The notes under the pieces were generated by a model, which worked only from the letters and a program-made list of their open reading frames with translations, made no database searches and was not told where the DNA came from. 64,000 bases of DNA from Tubulanus polymorphus (lineage: Eukaryota; Animalia; Nemertea): the NCBI RefSeq assembly GCF_964204645.1, contig NC_134031.1, positions 4,836,001-4,900,000 of the forward strand, written 5' to 3'. This document shows, one piece after another, positions 11,968-26,952 of the stretch; the first letter of the stretch is position 1, and every line of letters begins with the position of its first letter. The position numbers were made by a program, and so were the translations under genes.

Positions 11968-12479
11968 CATCCACCTACACCGTTTATTTCATAAATACGA
12001 GCTTGGAATAGGGATATACAGCGTATACATATTCGAAACAATCTAAAATAATTTTCATATATAGATTTCTCTGCTTTACATTAAAAAAACCTTACGCCTG
12101 GTCCTCCTACCGTTGCCTTATCCCAAAAGACAATTGACACATCCGTTCATTTTCGTCTCCTCCCTCCCTGTCCCACCGAAACAGTAATTGATAATGCGGA
12201 AATCATTGTGATAAGAAAATAATAGATGGTTTAATTACTACTGATTAAAGCTTCGCGCACTGGAAGTCGGGTCAGGTGTTGTCAATATGAATACGACCTG
12301 CAGCATTATTACAATGGACCTCGACGAATGAATCAAAAGCCACCGCGCGTCGGAGGACAATCTCAAGTGGCCCTGATTTGCGCGGGTAGCTTTTGATTCG
12401 TGTTGTCGTCGAGGGATGTTTCTGTTGTGACCGCGAGGATGAGTTTTTATCGCGAGAAAATCACAGATCACCATTTCAG

Positions 12480-12596
12480 AGCATCATTTCGTTCTGAGTT
12501 CCTGAGTAGCTCAGTACAGACCGAGCAGACGCGCTTTGCTGTAGCAGACGACTGTTGAGACGAATTTAGAAAGGCAAACTCCTCATTTAGTCGTTG
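12480..12596 (+). other. Candidate non-coding first exon, probably of the KIAA1614-like gene, divergent from the CUB-like gene
   Basis: CpG-enriched block (~12250-12600) ending in donor TTG|gtatgt, followed by an abrupt switch to T-rich intron-like sequence. The 5' boundary is approximate. Confidence 0.4.
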
Positions 12597-14689
12597 GTAT
12601 GTATATATGTGTTTCATTAATATTCAATAATATTTACGAGACTTTTCTTTTTCTGAACTACGCTACTTTTAGGTTTTATTTCAAAATAAGGGTTTTAGGA
12701 TTCAACGTAGCCTGTAATTACTTAAATGATTTCCTTAAAAAGATTCAACCGATATAGGGCTCATAGCCACCTGTTGTTCATTCAGTCATTATGAAAACAT
12801 AAAAGGCTATTTTCGTGATATATATATTTCCCAAATTATAATCGATAAAATCTTAAGGGAGATGTTCTCAGATTAAAATCTTATTGAAGAACGGTGAACG
12901 CTTTAAATTGAAAGTGTACATGAACTCACGGAATCCACCGCTCCACCCGGTGAATATTTCATTTATCATGGTTATTTTGAGAACGAGACGACAAGTGCAC
13001 GCGGCTGCATTCAATGACAAAGTTCATTGTTTTGTTCAACTTAGACGTGTTTATTTCTGCGAGACGTTCTCTCAAGGCCAGGACTAGTTACTTATAAAGT
13101 CGTGGATTCTTTATCATTGGAACTTTTCATAGGTTGAGGAATGAGCTATTTGATAACAGAAAAAAAAAGATTCTTACAATTTTTGGTAATCCCCCAAATT
13201 TGTTTTTTTTTCTAAATCAAAATAGAATATAGGAACTGCTTAAAACTTGTCTATTTTTAAGTGACCATTTGACTGGCAATGAGTTTAATTCTGCAGACCG
13301 AATTTAAATGATCGAATTCAATCAACCAACTCGACACCTAGAATTAAGATATTGTCCCAGGTTTCAGTGATCAATATTGCCCGTGAAATTGAAAGAATTA
13401 CTGTCATAAAGTGGTGCAATCAAAATTGTGTAATCTCTCTCAGTTTCTCTCAAATTCAGCATGAGAATGCGGAAAAATATGTTGTGAAATTCAACTTAGG
13501 GGATATATTTATCTACAGTGCTTTTTACCGGGGGCAGGTGGATTTCTACATGTACGATTCTCGTCTGGAGACAGTCCGGATGGGTTTGAATCCCGAGAAC
13601 TTTAAATACGATCGCATTTGATATAACATATTTACTAACTACCTGTTTACGACCTACCAAAAATTCTACTAGTAATTCTACTAAAGACTAGTCTTTATGA
13701 ATTTTTGGACCTACGTATGAGAGTTGACGAATCGTGCAAAAAAGGCGCGGCATTAGATAAACCGAATTTACATAGAATATCTTCTCAAACAATATTTGTT
13801 TTTTGGTCATATTTGCACTTTTTATGGGTTTATAAATAGATCATTGAAATATGTACTTTTTGACTTTTTGTAAAATGAATAGCGATGAAAAATGCTTTTT
13901 ATAGTTTGAATTATAGCCGGTGATTTGTCTCCTCGATGAACCTGTTGGGTGTGGGGTTCACCTGTTTAATCTCGGGTCGGTGTTTGTTGTCATAGAAATA
14001 GCTATTATTCTCGGTTTTTTCGCCCAACAGCCAAACGGTTTTTTTTTCGGCTGCCCGGGTCAGGTTGAATTCAATGTCTTAATCATGGCATAGATACTCA
14101 AAACCTTTCACCTGTGGTCAGCTATGGTTTTCTGAAGGCGGTGGTATTGTGCCCTTACAATAGCAAAAAACGAATTCAAAAAGGAGTTGTTGGACTATCA
14201 AATATCCTGAGGTATAGGGGCAGGTCTTAAAGGTTTGCCATCGGTCATTCATATTCGAAAAAGCTAATTCGAGAAGAGTGACGAACAACTGAATATTAGC
14301 TTTGACTCGGCTCTGACCCTAAAACAAGTTATCCATTGATTCGGCCACCTGTTACAGTTTCTACTACTGTTTTGGCTCTTACTCACGGTCGACTCACTAG
14401 ATTTCTATGAGATCAGAGATTTTTGAACGAGTTATCGGTTGTGTCGTTTTCTTTTCTTTTCGGGTTGAGCCGGAGCTACTATGTCTGGTCCACTCTATAG
14501 GTGCGAAGAAAGGATTGAGACTACAAAAAAAAATCTCAGTTATCAAAGAGCCGAACCTGACCACTACAACAAATCACAGCTCGGTGTTATTCATTTTTGG
14601 GGTGGCTATTTATGATGTCCATTGAGGGATACTTAAATGCCTATAAAAAATGTATTTTTTTCAATGATGAATTCAACTTTGACTCACCG

Positions 14690-14770
14690 GGACCCAATTC
14701 CGCAGTTCTGTGTTAAGATTTGATTCAGAGTTAACTCGTTGAAATTGAACTCATGTTTTTAACTCAGATG
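14690..14770. mobile_element. Truncated copy of MITE family C
   Basis: ggacccaattccgcagttctgtgttaagatttga..cagagttaactc matches the left half of the other two copies. Confidence 0.75.
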
Positions 14771-15357
14771 CTTACTCGATTAGGAACATGTACTCGGATT
14801 CGCTGAAACTAGGTGTTATCATATGTCAACGGATGGCATTGAAAATCTCATTTTTTTAAAAATACTCAAATTGTTAACATTCTCTGGAATCGATAAAACC
14901 AGGGCATAAAAAGGTGAAGAACTTGTTATGCTTCCAGAAAAGTCTAGTATTGTTGGATTGATGGACATGCATTTAGATTTGATTTTCTATATAACCTGTT
15001 GTTAGTTAATCGCATTATTTTACGTGCATGCGTTTCTATAGGTTTTCTCGAAAAAAAGAAACGGTTGGCCGGTCAGTATACTAGGAAATAAAAATTCACG
15101 ATCATACATCCTTGTTTGTAGTTTGAACCTAACGGAAAACTTCAAACTCATTCAAATGACTCAATGACATCTCTATAGATAATTACATAGTAAAGTTTGT
15201 TGGGCGTTCACTATAGCACCTGGACTATACTTGATGAGACAAACAGGCTATAGAATTTTATCTCCATCACATCTCAGTTTGAGAGGCGAATTTAAGTATT
15301 CGAATATGTTTTGAATATTGTATAACAAACTTCAGTTGAACACTTGAAGTTAAAAAC

Positions 15358-15480
15358 CTATTGCCAGGTAGATAGGTTGTCTTTCAAAATAACATATTGA
15401 GTACGATCGAAAAAGTCTTTCCTTGAATCTCGAAATCCGGACTGTAAAACCTTTTTAGACTTTATTCGATGATTTACGCC
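15358..15480 (-). pseudogene. Possible LINE (CR1/L2) reverse transcriptase remnant
   Basis: LQSGFR and RTQYVILKDNLSTW resemble the QxGFR and RxQxVxxxxxxSxW LINE motifs, with the intervening region missing. Confidence 0.25.
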
Positions 15481-18400
15481 TATCAAAAGATCCCAGATCT
15501 GAGATGTTAAGCCTAGCTCTGTCTCCTGGAGCATTTTCTTACTGCCTCGTAACACAATTGAATCAAAAGAATCTTATACATTTCGATGTCATGAAGACTT
15601 CGTCGTTGCGAATAAAGACTTCTTTTAACGAGATTTCAAAAAAAGAATCGTTTAAGGATTTATGATAGTTAAAAATGATTCATACATCGAAGATGTGATT
15701 TCTCCTTGATTTGTCTCGAACACTGGCGCCTTTTCGAGTAATTAGCTCCTTCACGTGTGCGTTTAGAAATATAGCATCATTCAAATATAATGTCGCGTTG
15801 CAGAGACAAACGGCCTGCGCTCGGATCAACGAGCACGTATTGTGCGCTCGAAAATCCGTGGGGAAAACCTTCGTTCGAATCTTTGAAAATCCAACCCGGA
15901 ACTATACGAGATGAAAATCGTGCTATTGTATGGAAATATGTAACGACGCGAAGAGAGTCAATAGCGACGCACGCTCTGTAAGATTTTAGGTAACGCTCTA
16001 GATTAGCCGGGCAGCTGCCCTTTTATTTTGAACCCATAGTCGCGCTTATTATATAGTTGAAGAGTATGTCACTGTGTCATTTATGAGGCTGAACAACAAT
16101 ACCTCCTCGACTGCGGCTTATTGCTGATATTTTCAAAATTCAAATGCATCTCGAAAAGTTACCTTGTCAGCGAGGGGGTAAATAGTTCTTGTCACTTGAG
16201 ATGTATAAGTATGTATACACGTGCTTTATGAAGGCTAGAAGATATTCGCGTCGTAGGGCGTTTTTCGGAGTCTCGGAAAAATCTCCGAAACCAAAATGAA
16301 TCCAATACAAAATTTGTATCTTTGTTTGCCACTTGCATCATAGTGATATATATCTCCGGGATTTTTTTTCAATCCAGCTCGTTTTTTCATCAATGATGCA
16401 AAATATATACGTGTGCATATCTCATTTTCTATATTATTGCACTGGTCTAGATTTGAAGGACTTTTGATTTGAACCGATGCACTGATATATGTAGGAACGG
16501 GGTTCTGAGGAATTTGACGGTTAGAATTTTCCTTTTAATGTTTCCGTTTAGATAAACATGTAATTTCATTAATCTGTTGATCCTCCATTTCCGTTTATGC
16601 GTGATCAACTGTCTGAAACAAGCTTGAGGGGGCCGAAATGCAACAGATGACCTGATGGCAGGGGTTGGTTTGGGATACCCGTTGAAATTTAATTGCCCGC
16701 GAGCAGCATGGCGAATCCTGCGTTCTTTGAAAAGTCGGATATTTTCGAATTTTTTACTATCGCGCTATTTCGAGCGAAGTGAAATACTAAGCTCCAACTA
16801 TCGACGTTTTTAGTAATAGGTTAAGTCATCGGTTTGTTTTTGAAACGAAGCACTTAGAGAAATAACGAAATAAAATGCGCCGCGAAAATTGCACGCGGAT
16901 CGTAAGTTATGCATGGGCTTGAATAGAGCCCCGCGCTCTTGAAGAATCCAGTCATATCACCTGGTATTCACCACGGAGTGAGCAAGCATCTCCCACATCG
17001 CCAATCATAATCCCATTGGACGTCAGCCAAGTTTGGGACGACAATATTTTCATTCGTACAACTTGACAATATTTACCAACGGACTGGGACTTAACAAGCA
17101 TAAAAATTAGTCGCGGAAAATGTTTGCGATTTTTGTGCCTCGTCGGGGAAGTGAAAACGGTTGAATAATTCGCCGGATAATGTCATCATCGACATCATCA
17201 ACGATGTGGAACTAAGCAGGCGGATTGAGGAAGTAAGTGATTAAGGTTGTAAGATGATGTCATTCATAAATCGATGTTGATGACGTGATGTGTGAAATTA
17301 GAAGTGATATTTATTTACAATGAACCGTTATGATATGTTTGCAAAGGTTTCGATTGTTCGTCGTTATTCGGAATTGTTTAGTTGATTTCTTCACGTGTAT
17401 TTCGTGTGTTTTCATATGATTGTGACTGACTTAATAATCTTGCTAGGTCAATTTGTTGAATTCGGTTAATAAAATTGCTTAAACGTTGATCTTGATTTTT
17501 ACTGAAAATATGAAAACATGTTTTCATAAGTTCATGAAATCCTAAAGAAACGTCTTTAGTAGGAATTCAAGTTATCGAGGTTTCATTTCTGCTAAAAGTT
17601 CAGTCTTTCATTTTGATACGCATGAATCCTAAGTATTTTCCTATTACTTATCACCGAACTATCTATAATTAGGTGTAGGGGTATTAGATTTACCTGTAGG
17701 TATTAAATTTGTTTATGTTCATGATAGTTTGTATACTAGTATTGAAATGAAAATTGCATAACCAATACCTATGCATCAATCAAGCTTGGTCTGGAGTGCA
17801 ATGTATTCTGAAATTTCCAGAGTGAATGCTCATTCAGGATGTTAGAGCCGATATTATGAACATATATACATCAAGATTATCATGTTAGGTAGTTTAGTAA
17901 ATAGCTTTTATAATATCTTACTGCATATCCAGGTTTTGATCTTTGATGGTTTTAAAGGATTAAGATTACCTGTTAACTATACGCTCCCTTAGATCATTAT
18001 TTATCAATATGGGATTATCGTTACTTGGTCTTAGGATTAGCCATTGGATATTGGATATTCGAAAAGAAATCTGTAATTCTAGCTAGAATGCTAAAATTTC
18101 TTAGAATGGATTATCCATCAGATCTTTAGCGTGAAATTTCTGACTCGATATTTTGCCGAATCGAAGAGTTCGGTTGCGATGTGTAAGCAACGGGTAATAA
18201 AAACTGCATTTAATTAAAGGGCTCAGGACCGACGACTTTGTCATTGTTTGCTGCTGGGGCTGCGTGAAATAGGGGATGTCTTGGCCTCTGTTTGTCTGTG
18301 TGTAGGCATTTGCGACGGTTAAGGTTGTTCTGATGGAAAATTCGAGCGTGACAGCTGGTTAGCGACTACAATGATGATGACTCTAATGTTTTGACTCTCT

Positions 18401-20752
18401 TTGCGTTAGTTGCATGATAAATGCTCGGCGTATTGTACGCACGATGTTGGAAGTAATGTCTATTTTAATCGGCAAAAAATTATCCATTGTCAACAATGCA
18501 CGTGTGCCACAGGACACCCCTGTCCCGTTCGCTAGTCTGCATACGCGTGGAATATCTATTCTCTTGTCTTATTTGAGAGAGTTTTTTTTTGCTTTTGTCA
18601 TCGATGGGTTTACTATAAGACATACTACATATTTCATGCTCAGCTGGTGCTGACCCTTTCAAACAGTTCTCTTGAACTGGTCGGTAAAAAACATCATTCT
18701 TCCGCTAAATGTTTCTCCCTCAATGTCGGCTCGATGCATCTCTTTGTACCAAATTTACATTAATTTCAAAAGTAATCTCGTGAAAAGATGTTTTTTTGAA
18801 AAGATTCATTGCATCTCTATATATAGCTGTGGTTCTGAGCATCCATTTGAATTACGCGGATACACTGGCACTATAGCCTTGTATTTGGATAGGAAAATTG
18901 AAAAATTCTAGCAAGTGGAATGTTGCTTCAGGTCTGTATAGCGAAATAGTGCATTTCTATGGGAAAAAAACGAACACTTATGGTTTCGATTACATTGTTC
19001 ACCAGCAAGGACGAAAAATGAATTGTTCACACTCACAACTGAGCCCGATTGAAGTGCTTTTATGTTTTCGTACATGATACGATGTTTTGCGGGTGATAAT
19101 TGCATTTGAAGGCTTTTTCGTTGTCATCCATGTTCAGACATCTTGCCACCTGTCTAGTTTAAAAAAAACCGCTTAATGCCTTTATCGATCGATTCCCGTT
19201 GTTTATATGTATATATCTCTTATATAGGATTACATCGAAGATTTAGTGCTTACTGTCTGGATTCTGTACTCTTGAGTTGAATTTATTTTCTCGAGTTGAA
19301 TTCGATGAAAAATAGGTGTTTTCGAATTTTGTAAATTCTTATTTGTCGTTCTTAACTTTTTTATAAATCAACTGAAGTTTTTCTTTGGGTAATTCTGACG
19401 GATTTGATTCATGTTAATGGCCTATGTGAGGTTCGGCCGGAGTGTGCCGACGTGACAAAAACATGTGCGCGATATTTACTTATATAAACTTATGATATTA
19501 CGTTTAGCATGACAAAAGTTGTGGATTCCGGCCAGGTGTGTGATATTTCTAGTCCCTAGATGCGGTTTGATTACCATCGGAAAGATGGCAGGGGTTCTTA
19601 TTAACTTCGATTAAAAATAGTAAATACAAACAGGGACGCTGTGTAGTGTCCTTTACATAGACCGACGTCTGCGAAGACGCTCTTGCTGCGTCAGAGTTCG
19701 TTCTAAAGTTCAAACATTTCTATTCAGATATCACAATATTCATATCATTACAAGTCCATTCTCATCATATTAATGGATTTAATGACGAAGAAGCTGATTC
19801 ATGCAAATATATATTATTTGACCGAGACTTATATATACTTGCTAAATTTCACAGGAATATTTAATTGAGGCATGTTTTTTCTACGTGATCCAACTTAATT
19901 TCGTTTTTAACTTGGTATCATATAAAGCTGATACGTAGCTCATAAAAATGTAATTTGAACACTTTCTGACTATTCCGAGAGTCATGCAAATAAAAGTATT
20001 GCTAGCGCTTTCTAGATGTTGAATGCTAAAAGTCTTTGGAAATATTTGGAAAACCACTGGAAATGTTTGGGAATTATTTGGTCAGTGAATTCTTTGAATT
20101 TGGGTAATGGTTGAGGCTATCCTATATCATACTGAAACATTATACCTGAAATTCCATATTGTGTATATTGCGATTGTTTAAGCCATTGTTTTTGACTTTC
20201 TGAAATCGTATCCTCGGCCAAATCTCGTAATCTTAAACTTCAGGTTAAACAACAGCTGCGTATATTGTCGATTGTGTTATAGTAACGCGAAGTTTTAATT
20301 GCAAGATAGGACACATTCGCGTTATGAATTCATATAATTTATATCGCGTTCGTGTACGTGCTTATTGTCCGGGAGAAAGTATTCAACAATTGCCAACACG
20401 TGTCCCCACAACTGGTCAGCTGTCAGCGGTATCCTCGACACAATACCCCCGACAGCCATCTCATTATCCGCATTCTGCGTTCCATTGATAAATCATAATT
20501 CATAATTCGAAAATTAAGACGCCGTTTCTTGGACCTGGAATTTCATCACAATTCTAAGGCGACGCAAAACAATCGAGGGAAAAAGAGGTTGTTTTTAGTT
20601 CATTTGAAAGAAAAGATTCAGAATTTCAAAAACAACGCGATCAGCCGCTATCGCTAAGAATTTATCAATTATTGATAGAATTTAAAGAATTAAGGAATCG
20701 ATCAGAAGAACATGATAACGCCAACCAACTTTGTGAAAATACTTGGTATACG

Positions 20753-20868
20753 ATGGTATTGATTATAGGCACTTATTTACTTTGAATGGGCCTACATTGC
20801 CTATTTTCTAGGTTGGCGATGTAACTGAGAGCTATGGAAAATAAGATTGAGAAACCCGTAAAAACCCC
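20753..20868 (-). mobile_element. Partial inverted copy of repeat family B
   Basis: The reverse complement aligns to 321-472. Confidence 0.7.
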
Positions 20869-23764
20869 GATGTAAGTGTATGCTTAGCACTGATTTAATG
20901 GTCATGAGTAAAATGGTAAATTCGATCAAACCGAAATGCCGCATCTGTCCGGCGGCGAGCCATGATGGCTGAATATGTTATCGGAGTTTGAATGAAATTG
21001 AATTTGAATCTTAAGTATCGAGATCCGTCTGCCGGACTTACCGGACACGTGTTCCGGAACAATCCTTCGTCAATCTGTCAATGGACACTTAAGCGATATA
21101 ATTACAGATCGCGTGTCTTTGTGTCAAATCGAAGTCGAATCTGCTAAAACCTAAATCCTATAGTTTCAAATTCTAATCTGTGTACAATTCATATTTAACT
21201 GCTATATTCATTAATCATAAAATCACTGACTAAAATTGTTCATATTCGACTGCTCGCACAACTTTTGAAAGGAACACGGATTTCTGCGTCTTCGAACAAT
21301 GGTTACCATGTTAAACGGACATTTATCTCTTGTTCTGGGCGACGGTTAAGTTATTATTGAAATGTAATCCGCTGTAGAAATTGACTGTTTGACCATTTGT
21401 CGACTTGTGGAAGACACATCTGGGCACATCTCAGCATCCTCTGTCCCCTGTCCGTATCGCGTAGCCGGTATGATGGATGTCCTGTCATGTTTGTCATATA
21501 TCCACTTGAACAGTCTGGGAATTGTATTTCTGTGAAACAGATGCTGTAAAATGAAGCGTAGTGTAAATGATTCGCTATTTTTTCTCTCATTCATAGCCTT
21601 TCTGCTTGGATTAAGTGTCAATGGTCGATGTGATCTAGTATTTATCAATTTTCTGCAGGAGTGGACTATCGATATTGAATATGTCTATAAAAGCGATAAA
21701 AATCTAGTCAGTGATATACATCTAAATGAAAGTGCGTCCGTTTGAAACGCCTAATCTATTCATAAGCTGAGAAAATAAAGCAGTTCCCATGTTTTTTGGC
21801 CTTGGTGTTTAATTAGGAGCGAATGAGAATTTCTGAACTTGTAAGCGCAGCGAGGAGCGCTTTACCCCGAAGGCTTCGTTTGCAAGGGTCGTATCTCGGG
21901 GGCATTTCTGATTGGGTAGATAAGACTTCGACCGATTCCTAGAATAAGAGTCTTTTTCACACCAAATAAGAATAGAAACAATGCGTTTATTTCCGTGACA
22001 ATGTGTGTTGGATGACAAAAGTAAAACGCAAAACTGTACCAGATGTATAAGATTCACAGAATGTAGCATCACGTAGGGATAATTATACTCGATTCTTGAA
22101 TATGATTTTCTGTACGTGAATGGTTCATGTAAAAAACTTCGAGGTCATTTTATGACGTGAAGTGCTTTTAGGAAATGACGAAATTATGATATTGTATCGA
22201 ATTTTGCTGCGAATGGACTGCCTAATCGTATTTTGTAGAAATCCTAAATATGCGTCTGGATAATAGAAGTTTTATTGAAATATAACGAATATAAGATCCG
22301 AATAGGCATTCTCTTAATGGATGAATTCATTTCATCCTCATCTTCATATCGCCATACATCAATTCTTCATAATTTTTCCGCAAGATTTGCTACGAAATTT
22401 GAGGCTTGACGTCGTTTGTTGTTAACTAAGCTCCAGCAGAATTTCGTCTACAATTGCGAAATCTTAGTCGCTTTCGAGAACTGTTTAAGACCTATTTTGT
22501 CAATTCGGCGACAAATGAATGGTAGCTAATCGTTCTTTTGAATCCTCGCTTCATAAAAACATGTCAAATCATGACTGGCAGTAATATTACACAATTTCCT
22601 TTCGACTGGGATTAAGCCGTTATGTTTACCTGACTCGCGGCAATATTTGTCTTGTTTCCCACATCTTCACACTAGTTTGCATTCATCGAGCATCTTTTAC
22701 AGTTATAAGTCAAAACTTTTGTTTAAAGCTTATTGATTCTGATATCTTTGGCATCTCTTGTTGTAAGGGATCCCCCTGGAGATTTATTACATAAATCTGA
22801 TATGTTCGGAATTATTTCTTGCTAACCATACAATCTAATGCATCATTATTTGTAAGCCACAGGATTTTTGTAGATTATTATGGTTTCTATTAAGCAATAT
22901 GATGTAATTGAAATGAAATATTTCAATTCATCATCGTTTTGATTCTGTTGATATGTTTTTAGATCTCGTCGATTGATGTCCAATGAGAGGAACTTCCTGT
23001 GTATTGCCCAATGTGAAGATGATTTGAGATAAATTAAGCTCGACTCTAACTTAACTTACATAAGCATCAACACCCAGTACTTAAAACTTGCCCCACCCCT
23101 GAAGTTAAGAATATTCTAAAAACTTTTCTCAGCGTGAATGGATCAGTATTTGATAAAGGCCTATAGGAGGTTCTGGTTTTTCCGTAATGCAACTATTTTT
23201 GGGAACACTACAAAAATCTACAATGGGCGCATGATACAACTTCCTTCCTACTCTTCCACTGCAGCCCTGCCCCTTCGTTCCATCTTTCCCTATCTCTTTG
23301 AATGAACACTATTCAAGAATCTTTGTTATCCGTCTCAAGATACTTTTGCAACCAGCCACCATGCTTCACAAGTATCTCTCATCCATTCCCCATTAAAGTC
23401 TATGTAACATTATAACACAATCCTTTTAGAATGATCTCATTTCCATAAGACGCTGAAGTACGCAAAGAAGAATATTTTTGAAGTTTCATTTCTTTTTGAT
23501 ATAATAACCAGTCAGTTGAATGATCTTCAATCATTCAGATCAATTACATCTCTAAAGGTCATGAAACTATTAAGAACGAAGCGTTTGTATTACAAGTAGA
23601 TTGAAGTGAGTTTATTTTCGCAGTATTTTGGGTAGTGATGTGGTTTTGGTTGCGCGCGTGAATGGGATTTGAGAACTTGATTTAGATCGAGTTGTTGATT
23701 GACCGTGCTTCAAAACTCTCGAATCTGAATACGGGATTTGAGAACTTGATTCCGTGTATATTGT

Positions 23765-23891
23765 AGATTAATTGAAGAAATCCCACAATTCAAATTTTAC
23801 ATGGGATAATTCATTAGAATGAAACCACAACATTCCACTTGATGATGGCTCATGATAGAATTTTGAATTGTGGGATTTCTTCAATTAATCT
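23765..23891. repeat. Perfect 30-bp inverted repeat (hairpin / foldback element)
   Basis: agattaattgaagaaatcccacaattcaaa (23765-23794) is the exact reverse complement of 23862-23891. Confidence 0.9.
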
Positions 23892-26800
23892 TCAGTAGTT
23901 TAACTTGGTAGGTTCCGAGCGCTGAACGACTTGTTTTGGGCTATCATGCGTTCTTCCGGCCATTTTCCACACTAAAACCGAGTTTCTGGGTCCGTAGGAT
24001 GTAGGAAGTCGGTCTTAACACCCAGGATATAAATATACTTTGTGTTGACTTATGTACGATTGGAAACCCTGTTGCTATAATTCCTACCTAACAAAATGGG
24101 CACACAAGAGCCATGAAAAACGGTTTTCTTTCAAGGCGTTATTCGCGAAAAAAGGTTACGAAGCCCCGGCTTTGTAAGTTTGGCTTGGAAATTATAGGGT
24201 GGTGTCCGACTTTTGAAAGCCTGCCGTTGACTGAACCAACAGGAAAGTGTGGCTACTTTGCAATGTCATCCTGGGCACTATTCGCACATTCATTTCTCGC
24301 TATTGTCCGTGGACAAACAATTCTTTTGACCATCGCATTCTTTGCACCTATGTCAGAAGACAGAGATTACATCTTCCTTACAAAATTGCATCACAACAAC
24401 TGCGTTGATCTTATGGTGGTGTAAAACTTATGAAGACGGCCAGTTAAAGACAAATAAGTCACATGCGAGATTTCCTCTAGGCAGATTTTCGGCCGATGTG
24501 AGATCTCTTCGATTCGACAATAGGAACCGATGTGGTAGATTTTGATGCGATTCCTTGGGAGATACAAGCCAGAAAGTGAATCACTTCGTTAGAGTGAGGA
24601 CATCGCGTACCTCGTGTACTATCCCGTCAAGACTGTTTAGTGAATTAATTACCTCGTATTAATTACTGATTAACATCACGCTGGGCGCAATTAGGAATGA
24701 TTTCATTACGATTTTTTTGACCACAGGATCTATTCGTCTGAATAGATTAAATGTACCGACTATTTCTAACGAAAATATGGATGAAGATGAATTCGCGATT
24801 TATGGATTTTTTGTGAAACTGTGTTCGTTCAAGATTATAGAATATATAGTCTATGTTTATATAAGTAATGAGATTGTGGAAACACTTGTTGGAAAGGACT
24901 GCAATTCAAGCTGAAAATGGAAAAATTCAGGAGACAATGGCTGGTCAGTATTTGATTTGTTTCGTTGCTTGATATCATTTTTAGATTACCACCAAATATC
25001 TATCACATGTACGACCATTCAGGAACCAGTTCTAAAGTATGATTCAAATTACCTGAATCAACCAACCCAGGACCACGACGAAACTGGCGTCTATTTTTCA
25101 GAACGACTTTGAATTTTTAATCAGTCATTTTTGATTATTCCGAAATAAGATTTCAAGTCATTCCGCGAAACAGCAGGGTTTTACAAAAACGCATATAATA
25201 CCACGTGTGAATTACATTTTATTTTTGGATTTTATTGAAAACAAGCAATCAGGCCCCATACACAGTGGCCTGTTAGTCAAGTTCAAACCATCAATAAAAT
25301 GTTTTTCAAGTAATTCTTGATGGATTCGTATAAATATGATGTTTTTCTTTGCAAATGTCATAATCGAGCAAATTGGCCATCGTCTGATACAGGTCATTTA
25401 CAATGGATCACTTGATCGAATCCGTTCGAACTAATGATACACTACTTGCATAGCAACTTACTCCTCAGGGTCAAGCGTCATCCCGATACCTATACGAATG
25501 GGACGCTTAAATACAGGGTCCGGGTGCGATTAATTATGAACGAAACAGTTTCATGCAAACCCTCGTCCTAGAGTTTCTTAGAGATCTTATCAATGCATAC
25601 GGCTAATTATTAAGTAAATAGTTAATGTATGTGGGAGGCAGTGCCTTGAATAATGTATCTTGCTAATCTCGACGAAGAATTGATATTTCGATGTTTCATT
25701 TGAAATGTCCATCATGAATTGTAGTTTGGTAGTAAGACACATAGTGTAGGCTGAAGCGAGAAACTTTAGGAGTCATCACTTCACAACTATTAACCAAATG
25801 TTTCATTTTGGTTCAGCCCAAGTCTTTTCGGGATTTTGTTGGAAATATCTTTACACATTACGAAGGTGTTTCCTTTTGAATAGGTCTATAGATCATGCTG
25901 TGGATTCTGTTGATGAAAATTTGAAAATGGATGCGAATATTTCCACTCTACTAAAAGACCCTGCAGGGCTGTATTTGTTTTTATGGTCTGAAGACATTTA
26001 CTGGTTGAAAACATGATATGAAGCACATCTGTCATTTACAATCTAGTAATGATAATTGTACAATACAGTTCGAGATGAATGAACCGAATATAAATGTGAT
26101 CTGAGTTTATTGTTTTATCGCTATAGTTTTGCTATGTTAAGGTATGCTAACCGGCCACTGGGTTCTGTTTGTTCAGATGCCAACAACTAGTTGCCTCACC
26201 TAACCTCGACCTGGGTGACAATCAGCTGCCCGAGGTCAGGCTTAATACATAAATTATTTTATTTATGAAATATAATAGTTGTTTAGTATTCGGAAATACT
26301 TAATGTCATATGATGGCATCTCCAATATTGTATTAAGACATAGAATAGTTGAATTAACCCCTCATTATCTGCAGATTTAATGCTTGAATCAATCGGTTAA
26401 ATTTGCGCATTCTACATCCGGCCACATCATCATTCGATCGATAATCTGTATATTTCGATATTTTCCGAGTGGTTAAGGCTACACACACCTCAAAGCCATA
26501 TTCATAAATGTACTTATGGACTTTTTGAAAATATTTTTGATAGATTCGTTCTGTGTCGTTTTGCGTCATAGGTTGCGTGTTGGAAAGTGGAAACATGTTG
26601 CCGGGATAAAGGCACACCTCCAATCCATTAGAAATACAATAGGACGAACTGAGTTATCTAATTATCAATATCGTGCTTCGTATTGTATCGTATTGTGAAA
26701 GTAGATATTCGGCATGTGTCCCATTCTAATCTGTTTTCGACATTGCTAAGATTTCATTTGATGCATTCCAATGCAACCCAACATCAAATCCCTTTGTTCA

Positions 26801-26952
26801 TACTGGTTTTACGAGGATAGGTTAATAAGCTTCATAGCGAGTATTTTTTAACATCCAGCCTTGCATGGAATCTAACCTGACACGAATTAAACGTTGTCCT
26901 TATATACTGGGGTAGACTGAGGAAGACTGAGGTAGACTTGCAGCGTCACACT

